A DNA stretch of 64,000 bases, from the NCBI RefSeq assembly GCF_002105155.1, contig NW_019029001.1, forward strand, positions 434,001 to 498,000. Reading direction: 5' to 3'. The position numbers were made by a program, and so were the translations under genes. Below are positions 51,711 to 62,010 of this stretch, in pieces. The notes beneath the pieces were generated by a model that did no database searches, was not told where the DNA came from, and saw only the letters and a program-made list of their open reading frames with translations. Source of the DNA: Lobosporangium transversale. Lineage: Eukaryota. Within the stretch, counting starts at the first letter, position 1. Each line of letters starts with the position of its first letter.

Positions 51711-52419
51711 AATCTTGGCCCAAAAACAAAGGGGTTGGTTGATTTCTTTTTACAGCCAGTTTGTTCAGGCGCTTGCACACTGATTTTGTTCTAGTTTACG
51801 AACCATATTCTGTAGATCTGCAACAGCTTGCCTTTCCCTATGTGGAAGTCGCGTTATACTTACATCAATCGCAAAGGAGCCCATTCTCCTCCATACGTCC
51901 ATCATCTCGTTATTATTCTATCTAGACAATTCAGCGGCAGCTTCCTCTCGCTCTATTCTTTTTTCTTTCCTTCTCTTCAGCTCTCTCTTAGTTGTCGTAG
52001 CAGAAATGATGAGAGAAAGCCTTCGAGAGACCGTCCAAGATGATCATTGATATCGGCCGTGTTTCGGGCCTACTCGAGTTGGGTACATGCAGGTGCAGTA
52101 TTGCGTGCGTTTGACAGTGAATCCATCGCGGACCCTTCCTGCAACCTACATGTGCTTGCAAGGGATCCTTGTTTTTCATGATCAGAGACAACGTCGTCTG
52201 AAGTCATCTAATATACCAACAGCGACCCTCTACCCTCAGCCAACAGACAAGGATGGAGCATATCCATGGATAAAAGACAGTTGTCCATTGCGCACCAAAC
52301 GTCAAGCACCATTGGAGGCTGAGGAGGAATCAAGGAACTACAGAAAATCCATATAAATTAGTGTAGTCTAGAAAATATGCGTGTAAGCAAACCTTAGACT
52401 AGTTTTCACAGTCACGTCT
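51711..52419. repeat. Dispersed ~0.7-kb repeat, copy 2 (inverted), in a divergent intergenic region
   Basis: Reverse complement of 37566-38258. Confidence 0.9.
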
Positions 52420-52539
52420 GATGTATTTTGAGAAAGTTTGTGCTGTATTCGACCAATAATACCCTGTTCTCGCGCCTTTTTCTATGATTTTGTTCATCAG
52501 CATATTAAAACATCATTTGGTTGACTCATAGTAAACATC

Positions 52540-55277
52540 ATGGCGAATTCCAGTAACAGCTCTCGTGCCAACTCACCGAGCGCTACGAGCGAAAAAACGC
52601 GTTGTACCATTTTTCGGAAGGAGTATGAATACAGTACGTACATTTCTCATCATAAAAGAAACAAAAAAAAACACTATGAAGTTTTTGTATGAAGTTTTGA
52701 TTTTTACATACACTCATCACAGTTTTTTTTTTTTTTTTTTTTTTATAAAAAAACACCAGACAGGGCCAAGAATGTTTTCTCAAAGCCAATCATCAAGCCA
52801 GCTCTGTCTGACACTCGGCCGGTGAATGTCCTCAAACTCCTGATCCAACAGCGTGAGCTGGAGAAAGAAGCTGCTCTCAAAGCCGAGATCGTCAGTAGCA
52901 AAGACGCTTCCGATAACGAGGATGCTGAAGACAACAAAGAAAACATGTGAGCAAATTATGAAACGGTTGTTTAATTTAATTATACTACGGTAACATCTTT
53001 AATTAAACACGTCTTTCTCGTATACATTAACGAATGATGAATAGTGATAATATTCAAAAGGTTCGAAAGGAACGTGTCTTTGAGCAGGATGTTACTGAGA
53101 AGGAGATGGATATCATTCAACAGCGTATTGCGTTTCAACAGCGTCAGGTAAGGAGATGGTAGAGATAGCATTCGGTAACTCTGGCCTTGTCATATTTTGG
53201 TTGTTTCCATAACCCATTCTTATATCTGGCGTGTCCCATCCTTTTTTAGTTCGCTGCCTTTGAAGAGAGAGAGAAGCAGCGACGCTATAAGAAGTTCAAG
53301 CAGCATTACGGGTACTTGGTTGAGGCAGAAATTGATGAAGCCTACGAGGACTGCAACAATGATGAAGACGATGCCTTTGTTCAATTCAGCACTCGTGGCT
53401 ATCTAGAGAAGATCCGCCGTACAATCGCCATCCGCAACCACAGGCCTGCAACAATCACTGTCATGGATGATCAGCAACGCGCTCGTTATGAAGAGCATCT
53501 GAAGAAGCGCCGCGAGGCACCTCGTATGCGTACTACAACTGCACAAAAAAAGTAAGGCTTTTGCTTTTTCTTTATTTTTTACCATCAAAGTTAGGCTCCA
53601 TCCTGAGTCGAAAAAGTGTCAAGCCACACGAATTCACAAATTTCAGTTTTTCCTTTTTTAGAAGTCAGCATCGTTCTTTTTCTTCGAGGGCTGGTACCAA
53701 ACTTGTGAATTTTGGCTGGCATCTTTAAAAAGGAAGGTTGTTAAGGGTTTTACATATAAAAATTTCTCCTCCATCTCATGTAAATTTATATGTAAAACCC
53801 TTAACAACCTTCCTTTTTAAAGATGCCAGCCAAAATTCACAAGTTTGGTACCAGCCCTCGAAGAAAAAGAACGATGCTGACTTCTAAAAAAGGAAAAACT
53901 GAAATTTGTGAATTTGTGTGGCTTGACAGTTTTTCACTTTTTCGATTCATGATGGAGTCGAGCCTACCAACTTAGAATATATTTTTCTCACGAAAATACT
54001 TCTATTTATAGGCAATATCGCATGGGTGGCCGCTTGGGCTTAGATGAAGCACTTAAGCAGGTGCAAGAAAACACAGTCGATGCTTCCAAGGCCTTTGAGG
54101 GTTGGTCTGATGCTCGCATCAAAGCTTATGCAGCTATTGACAAGAAGCCTAATACCTATTATTATCGGTTCAACGCACCTGGAGAAGTCCAACGCAAGGG
54201 TGCATGGACCAAAGAAGAGCAGAAGAGGTTCCATGAACGATTGGCTGAGATTGGTGCCAATGGGCAATGGGGGATTTTCTCAATGACCATCCCAGGACGC
54301 GTTGGTTACCAGGTTTGTCTTTTTTTTTCTTTTTTTTGCCTTATATATCCTGGTATAGAAGCATTGACTGATACCATATTTTTTTATCACGATGTACATT
54401 TTTGACTTGGCCAAAGTGTTCCAATTACTATCGCTTGCTTGTGGAGACAAATCAAATCCAGGACCCCAACTATGTATTAGATGAGAAGGGGAAAGCCCAC
54501 TATCTTTTTGATAAAAAGGGTGCAAATGGAGAGACGACTAAGGAGTTTAGGACACACAATAAGCACAACATTGGAGGAAGCGAAGAAAAACCGACTGTCT
54601 TGAAGCCACCAAAAGAGCCCAAAGCTTCCAAAGCTCCCAAAGAATCTAAACCACCAAAAGAACCTAAAGCTCCCAAGGCTCCCAAGGTCCCACGGGAGCC
54701 CAAAACTTCTGCCGCTGCTAGTCGAAACAAGCGTAAGAGACGCAGTCTCTATAATGATGATGACTCCTCTGATATCTCTGAGTTTGATTGCGATGATTCG
54801 GGATCCTACATGGCAAAGTGGAGCACAACGAAGCGAACACGTACTCGTGCAGCTAACGCCGCGAATGGTTCACCTTCTGGAGCTGGAGGAAGTGATGGCG
54901 GCCAGGAAGAGGAAATTGAAGGTGAAGAAGATGAGGATGCTTTGAACCCCCTTCCTAAATTCATTGACCCAATTACACTGGAGGTAGTGGAAAAGCCAGC
55001 CATTTCCAAGTATGGACATGTCATGGGCTATGATAGTTGGATTCGTTGTCTTTTACAAGACGGTGCCGCCAAAAATATTTGCCCGTTGACCAAGAAACCT
55101 CTAACGAAGCGCGATCTGACCATTTTAACTTTCGAGAACATCGAGGAATACAGGTAATAGTAACAAGAAAGATAGACTCTCGCGAGAAATTTACTGGCTG
55201 TGAGCATGCTAATAATTAATCGTCCATCATTTTCGTTATATTAAATTAAAAACAGGGACAAGATCGTCAATATGTAA
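52540..55277 (+). CDS. Myb/SANT-like and U-box/RING-like domain protein, multi-exon (5' exons approximate)
   Basis: KGAWTKEEQKRF..QWGIFSMTIPGRVGYQ|CSNYYR; C-terminal FIDPITLEVVEKPAISKYGHV..CPLTKKPL; KxP repeats. Confidence 0.75.
53594..53964. mobile_element. Intronic fold-back/MITE element with TA flanks
   Basis: 144-nt arms at 53617-53760 and 53785-53928 (one mismatch seen), 24-nt spacer; termini TA|GGCTC..GAGCC|TA. Confidence 0.9.
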
Positions 55278-55706
55278 ACATGTACTTGTTGTAAGGCGAG
55301 CTGTAAAAAAAGAATCAATTCTGGATGACTGAATAAATTTCGAGCGACTCGTTGGCTTCAATACTGGATGAAATTGCTTCGCTCCTTAGTGAATTATAGC
55401 CAAAGATAGATGGAGCGTATGTCGTGAAACAATGAATAAACTTGAAGAGTATCCATTAAAATCATCTGAATCATTTCCATGTTGAATCATCTGTCCTCTC
55501 TCAAATGTACTCCGGTCCGTTATGTCCTTAGTGCTCCTTGAACAATAAGATTATATATATGATTCCATGGAATCATGAAATGTGATCAATACATGACACT
55601 GATGGGTGAGTAGCAATAGGTGTCAAAATCAAAATAAAAATAAAGATTGGTAAGAGATAGGCTATGCCTTGTAGTTTTATTGAGAGTGATGGTGAAATGA
55701 CATTAT

Positions 55707-56740
55707 TTAGTCGAAAAGACCTAATGAAACGAGGAGAAAAGAATAAAGTTAGCTTAGAATCAAGCAACTCCAAAAGGTTGAGAGTATTTACTTAACAACT
55801 ATGCGGACGCTTACCGAATCCCATATCGTCATCAGACTCTTCCTTGGGCTCCTCTTTCTTTTCCTCCTTCTTCTCCTCAGCAGCAGCAGCGCCACCGGCA
55901 GGGGCGGCACCACCAGCAGCAGGGGCGGCACCAGCAGCACCAACATTGGACAGCATGGCAGCGACGTCCTTACCCTCGAGAGCCTTGGCAAATAGTGAGG
56001 TCCAGATAGAGTCAACCTGGACGTTTGCAGCCTTCAAGATGGTCTGCAGCTTGTCGGACTATAAGATTGGGAAAACAACGTGAACTCGGTCAGCAGCTGA
56101 TTCCAATTTTGTTTGAGATTTAGCGGTAATTAGCTGGTGATTTGGTTGGCGATGTGGTCTTGTTTTCTCCAGGCTCCCAATATCCTCATCTCCAGAGGTG
56201 AAATTGAATCAAATCGAGAGTTGACTTTGATCCTTAACTGCTAGCTAATACATGAATTTGCTCAGCATCGTTGGTCAACTGCAGTGTGTATAGTCACGTC
56301 AGTCTAAAAAGAAATCCCTATGTGGCAGTACGTGCTCTAGAAGGTTCAATCTAGACTGAAGCCGTTAGCAGTGTAGTTGATTTGAGTATGGACAATGCCG
56401 ATGAGTTACGTGCTGGTGATGGCGGATCCAATTGTATCCAGTATTGTTGATCTAATAGATATACGTTGGTCAGCTTAAATCGGTCGCTTAAACGTTCAGT
56501 TACCGAAGAGCGTAGCCTATTCTTGCGCAGAACATATTGTATCCATCCGAATCTGTCATTGAAGAGCCTACACATCCATCCTTAAGAATGGGTAATATCG
56601 ATGTATCGATGTCGCCATGTTATTTATTCATTGGCTTCTTTTGTTGAACTGTATGATAGCATGGTCCGATACTTAACGGTGATCTCAACATTGTCGTCAG
56701 AGAGGATCAATGCGGCATAGGAGGTAGCAAGCTCTTCCAT
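55707..56740 (-). CDS. RPP1: 60S acidic ribosomal protein P1, 3 exons
   Basis: [35 protein letters not shown], Ala-rich hinge, [13 protein letters not shown]. Confidence 0.95.
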
Positions 56741-56936
56741 GGTTGATAAATTCAAGAAATGTGAAAGAGGGAACTATTGGATGGCACAGTCAGTTTCAGA
56801 AATACCCTCACATATACCTGATACCTGTTACCCCTTAAATAGGCGCTCCATAAGTGCAAACACTTCCTCTTCGAATCATTCTTCCTTTCTTCCCTTCATC
56901 AATAGACAATATCACAAATATCACGACTTAAAAGCC

Positions 56937-58315
56937 ATGGCCCTCCTCACACGCGTTTTGAAGAGTATGGAGCGCATTGCTCCTCAGAGTCTTGCTGAAC
57001 ATGCATGGGACAATGTTGGCTTACTTGTTGGTAATTGTAATTTCAGACTTCCTCGCTTGGTTGATCTTTTTTTCTTGTGACTTATTTTCTACTGGCAAAC
57101 ATACAGAGGCCCCATATCCAAGGACTAAGAGCGCCTCAGTCGCTTCCCAGCGCGTCTTCTTGACCATTGACTTCACTTCTGCCGTGGTGGATGAGGCACT
57201 CAATGATCCATCTGTTGGAGTTATCATCGCCTACCGTAAGTATTGAGAAGTAATGTAGCTAAACAAACATATATATGTACGGCTCCAATTGTGATCTACT
57301 AGAGCTAAAAGATTTCTGGAGGTGATAACCAACGAGATCACCTAGATAGAGCTAAAATTCTTTTTGAAAATTCTTGTATTAGATCCTCCTATTTTCCGTG
57401 GCTTCAAGAGATTACAGCTTAAAGACACAAAACAGAGAATGGTCCTCCAATGTGCGGCCAAAGGCGTTAGTGTCTACTCTCCTCATACCTCCTGTGACGC
57501 TTGTGAAGATGGAGGTAATGGTGCTTAAAGCACCCCATTCAACTAATCACTACTGCCTGGGCTTATTTCACACTTTTAATTATGATACAAAATCTTCATA
57601 CATATTCTTACTTTGCTGTATTTAGTAAACGACTGGCTGCTTAAAGGATTCGGAAATGCTGGCTCTAGCAAGGTTATCGTTCCAGCCGAGAATCCACCTG
57701 AAGGTGAGATTAATTTGAGATAAGCAAAATAACCAGGCAATGATTTAAATGTGGAAATGAACATACAATGATGATTCCTTATTTTTTTAACTGGTGACAT
57801 CTTGTTTAATAGGTCATGAGAAGTCTGGAAAGGGTAGAATCTTTACTTTTGACAACCCTCAACCTGTGCAACAAGTCATCGATCAAATCAAGAATCACTT
57901 ACGCATGAAGCATGGTAAAAAGCTAGTCTTTTTTTTTTTTTTTTTTTTTTTTTATCCTTGGTTTTCCTTGAATTAATATTTTTTAATTATCTACTCAGTT
58001 CGTGCTGCAATTCATCCAACACACGCCAACAACGAGAGGCTTATCTCGACTGTTGGTGTATGGGCTGGTTCCGGGTCAGAGATGGTGAATCACAAGGCGG
58101 ATTTATTCCTGACTGGCGAATTGGGTCATCATGATGTCCTTGAGGCCTTGGAGCAAAACAGCACGGTTATTCTGTGTGAACACTCCAATACTGAGCGTGG
58201 ATACCTCCATGATTCCTTAAAACCCAAGCTGGAGGAACTGTTGGCTAAAGATGGCGGTGAAGCTGTAGAAGTCATTGTTAGTACTACAGACAAGGATCCA
58301 CTCGTGATTGTTTAA
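56937..58315 (+). CDS. NIF3: NIF3 (NGG1-interacting factor 3, DUF34) family protein, multi-exon
   Basis: APQSLAEHAWDNVGLLV, LTIDFT, AY|HPPIF, YSPHTSCD, GVNDWL, LTGELGHH, EHSNTERGYL. Confidence 0.93.
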
Positions 58316-58437
58316 GACCAAAAAAATGAAAGATTAAATTGATGATAGGCGAGAAAAAAGTTTAGAACAATGGGTTTATTGAGATATTGCTTTAAATATG
58401 ATTCACTGGCTAACTGATACTAGAACCACCCACAGGA

Positions 58438-58822
58438 TGTCGTAGAGCATCTACTAGTGATCTCTGGAAACTAGTAGGTAATAATGAAAAATGAAGAATT
58501 GGGCAAGAGCCTCGTGGTTTTGGGATACGATAGTGATCCTAAGTAATGCTTTGAATGATTTTGAGGATGCTGCAAAAGGGCATCGATAATAAGAAGAGAG
58601 ATCTTTAATAACTGCTAATTTTCTGAGAATTCATAATGAGAATAATGAAGATAAACTCACCTGCAAAAGGGCATCGATAATAAGAAGAGAGATGCCGTTT
58701 TTGCAGTGAAGGAAAAAGCTACTTAAATACTATTTAAAAATGGTAGAAAATAGGATGATAGGAAATAAATAAATTGAAAGGAAATACATATTTAGGTAAA
58801 TGAATAGGCGTCATTTACGACA
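58438..58822 (-). mobile_element. Solo LTR of Ty3/gypsy family A
   Basis: 385-bp reverse complement of 11096-11480 (one substitution seen), with a 4-bp TSD AGGA on both sides. Confidence 0.96.
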
Positions 58823-59012
58823 AGGATCAATAGATAAATGGGTCGCCTATTTCTGATGTTACAAAAATACCTGTGTTCAACAATCGGCCGCAGCCGCATA
58901 GCCGTCCTGCCACAATGCAACACTCATTTCAGCGTGTGAACTTTTCTCAGTTCATTTTTTTAAGGTTTCAGTCATCTTTTTTTTGCTTTATTTCTGTCTC
59001 AGTGCAAATGTA

Positions 59013-59687
59013 CTAGCTACGGCGACACATTTTACGCGCTGTCCGACAGAACTCCCGGAAATTGCCACCAGACTCAAAGTGCCGCAGAGTCCGATGGATC
59101 TCCTCCATGCACTTCTCATACCCACGGAGAAGCTCAAGGAAGTGGTTCCTGCTTTCCACGGAGATCTCCCTGCCATGGAGGATCCGACGGGTCCTCGTCG
59201 CGTACCGGTGGAGGTCCGCAAGCTCCATCGCCAGTACGGAATGGAGCTCGCGCACCTCCTCTGAGTCAAGAGACTCATCAAGCGACTCCGAGGATCGCTT
59301 GCGGGACAGGGGTGGTTTACCCCTATCTGACGAGGCAGCGGGGGGAAAGAAACGTTGACTTGCGGGCACCTCAGGACTTGGGGACAGCAAAATAAAGGTC
59401 TCATCAGCACCGCTGGTGGAGATCTCATCAGGGATCTCCAGCGCAGAGAGGTTGGATGCATCCGTATGCCACAGAGGCAAAGTCTCTTCACTCCCCACCT
59501 GCGCTAGAGGAGGCGAGGAGTGTCTGGTGGCAGTACCAGAAAACGAGGAATCAAAAGACCCAACAACAGGCAGGGAAGACTCCGCACCGGCACCGGTCGT
59601 GTCAGAGCTAACTGACTCAGGAGAAGGCTCCCTGGACTTGACAGAGACACCTTCGAAGCTAACACTACGACGAAGAGAGGCAGACAT
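59013..59687 (-). CDS. Hypothetical Ser-rich protein, possibly TE-borne
   Basis: GC-rich open frame starting ACAACCATG, with CCAAT and TATA-like motifs upstream; no family recognised. Confidence 0.45.
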   Translation of the reverse strand: MSASLRRSVSFEGVSVKSREPSPESVSSDTTGAGAESSLPVVGSFDSSFSGTATRHSSPPLAQVGSEETLPLWHTDASNLSALEIPDEISTSGADETFILLSPSPEVPASQRFFPPAASSDRGKPPLSRKRSSESLDESLDSEEVRELHSVLAMELADLHRYATRTRRILHGREISVESRNHFLELLRGYEKCMEEIHRTLRHFESGGNFREFCRTARKMCRRS

Positions 59688-60163
59688 GGTTGTTGTTATA
59701 GTTGTGGTGGAGGTGGAGGAAGGTGCAGACAGGAAACTTGGAAGCGAAAAGGCAAAGGTTGCAATGAGTTGAGGAATGAGGAATGGAGCAGAGATGGAGC
59801 TGCAATTTATATGTTTTTCCTTCTCATGCTGCCATCGCCATTCACACGCTCGTCTCTGACATTCTTCCAGCTGATTAGATGGTGTGCTCATGCATCATTC
59901 TGATTGGTCCAGGTGCAGGCTTGGCAAACATTGCCTATAAAAAGATTTCAGGAAAATATGGAACATGTGAGAGATGGGGATGGAGATGAGGTGAGATGAG
60001 ATAAGATGAGGAGGAAATGAGGACATGATGGAAATGATGGTGATGAGCGGAGGAAGATGTCATTTTCAAGTTGATCTTTTTTTCTTTTTTCCTTTTTTTC
60101 TTTCCTGTCTCTTTTGGTGGCGTCTTGTCTTTCCCTTTTCCTTATTTGCTTCGCCTTTTTTTA

Positions 60164-60338
60164 TATTTTATTTTATTTTATTTTATTTTATTTTATTTTA
60201 TTTTATTTTATTTTATTTTATTTTATTTTTTTTTGATAACAAAGACCCTCAGGGTCTTTTTTTTTTTTTTTTTTTTTGATAACAAGGACCCACGAGGTCA
60301 TGTAGGATTTATTTAGATGTTAGCTCTATAAATGGGTT
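60164..60338 (-). mobile_element. Two stacked LINE tail fragments, one with a (TAAAA)n tail
   Basis: (TTTTA)n-GATAAC-AAAGACCCTCAGGGTC, then (T)n-GATAACAAGGACCCACGAGGTC.. matching 34085 onward. Confidence 0.8.
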
Positions 60339-60468
60339 TGGTTCGGTCGGTGGCCTTCCACAATATTTCTACGATAGTCATTTTTCTGCTCATGCACATG
60401 GCGCTTTTTTTTTCGTAGTATAGAACAGTGCTCCTATTCGAACTGAAATTTTGTCAATTATGATGTTT

Positions 60469-61278
60469 TTTCTTTTTCTTTTTTTTTTTTTTCCTGTTAA
60501 CAAGAACCCACAGAGGTGAGGAATTTTATTTCATAATCTCGCTCTAAAGTAATGATATCGCCCTCAACTATGAAACAAGCGAAACTCTCAAAGTTCGCAC
60601 GGGATGGCTGTGAAGAGCCAATTCGTATCCATGTTTTTCTCTACCAATGTACACCGTGATCGGTACTCGAAGTCCATCCTTCCGATGTGGCCTGTTGCGC
60701 CCGTGAAAAGCCGCGGAGGCTGGCGTGCCGACTCTAGCTAAGGACGACTTTTTAATTTTTTCTATTCGATCAAATCCACTGGCATGTGGACCCAAATCTT
60801 GCGGGATTGGTCTGAAATTTCTACTTTGGACTCCGTCAAACTTTGTGATCATCGCTGTCCTAGTCAAGTGGGTGGATGGGGGGGATGTGCTGCCAGATGT
60901 ACCGCTGGTTCGGCTGGGGGTGGAATATATACCTAAGACATGTGGCCAGCCAGGCGACTTAGGGTAGTGCACCCACGATCTTAGCCTTAGCGGGAGAACA
61001 CTAGGCTGTCTCGGAGAGAAAGTATAAAAACTCAAGCAAATCCCTGACCTGGCACATGTTTGCTTCACTTTATGTGCCTTAACCAGGACTCGAACCCGGC
61101 CCCTGGGCTAGACAGGAGGGTGCCCTGACGATTTTTTTTTTTTTTTTTTTGATAACAAGGACCCACGAGGTCATGTAGGATTTATTTTGATGTTAGCTCT
61201 ATAAATGGGTTGCCCCATTACTGGGGTCGCAAATAAAGGAGGGTGCCCTGACGAGTATACTACTCAGCCATTGGGCTA
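60469..61278 (-). mobile_element. tRNA-headed SINE, copy 2, with 16-bp TSD
   Basis: Reverse complement of 16962-17634; TSD GTCAATTATGATGTTT at 60453-60468 and 61279-61294. Confidence 0.9.
61132..61236 (-). mobile_element. ~105-bp 5'-truncated LINE inserted in the SINE head
   Basis: Matches the LINE 3' end at 34059-34180; 18-bp TSD AGGAGGGTGCCCTGACGA at 61114-61131 and 61237-61254. Confidence 0.92.
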
Positions 61279-61430
61279 GTCAATTATGATGTTTCAGATT
61301 AAAAAAATAAATATCAATTGACAAAATTTCAGTTCGAATAGGAAGCACTGGTATAGAATATGAACAAAGTGAAGTCACGTGAAGTATCGTTATGAATTTC
61401 AGAAACTAAATGAATCCAGAAAAAATCTAC

Positions 61431-61804
61431 TGTCCTAAATCGAGGCAACTTAAGCTCACGTCCTATAACAAGTGACGTCATGGTAGGTAGGACCAGAGGT
61501 ATACCTATAGTGGTACCCTCAAACCCACCCCGTCCTGCCTGGACGTGAGCTCAGCCACCCGATCCTCCCCGCTATAATAAATAGTGGACTCTCCGTCCCT
61601 GAAGTGTTCCTTACCTTTATCTTGGTACAACACTTCAAGTATGCAACCTCATTCATCTCAGTACTAGTTACTTGTATAGTATTATATGTATCATAAACTA
61701 ATAAAGACCTTTATCTTGGTACAACACTTCAGTGTGTTCTATGTATTTGCGTCTCGTTGCGGTTTTTAAGGGCATCTCAGTATAACCCCCCGGTTCTTAA
61801 GACA
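61431..61804 (+). mobile_element. Isolated LTR, family B
   Basis: TGTCCTAA..TTAAGACA termini, 374 bp, TATA-like box, AATAAA and an internal 25-nt direct repeat; no matching TSD seen. Confidence 0.75.
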
Positions 61805-61830
61805 GTGATTTTTTCACTACTCCATCGAAA

Positions 61831-61855
61831 GCTCGCTTAGCTTAGTCGGTAGAGC
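61831..61855 (+). pseudogene. tRNA-like 5' fragment (acceptor strand plus D arm)
   Basis: GCTCGCT-TA-GCTT-AGTCGGTA-GAGC with an A box; no anticodon or T arm follows. Confidence 0.5.
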
Positions 61856-62010
61856 CAGAGCACCTTTCCTTCCTACCATAAATTTTTTAATAAAATTGTG
61901 GTTGCCTTTTGCAAATAAAGAAATACTTAATTTACTCAGCCAATTCGCAACGGTCAGTCCAACGGATAGGCCTATTCTCTTACTTTTATCTCCCCCTTCC
62001 CCTTCATCTA

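Noticed and set aside
56060..56675. Long RPP1 first intron as a snoRNA host
   Set aside because: No convincing C/D or H/ACA box pair seen; needs an Rfam scan
61427..61808. TSD for LTR B
   Set aside because: The flanks CTAC and GTGA do not match, so a clean solo-LTR origin is not shown
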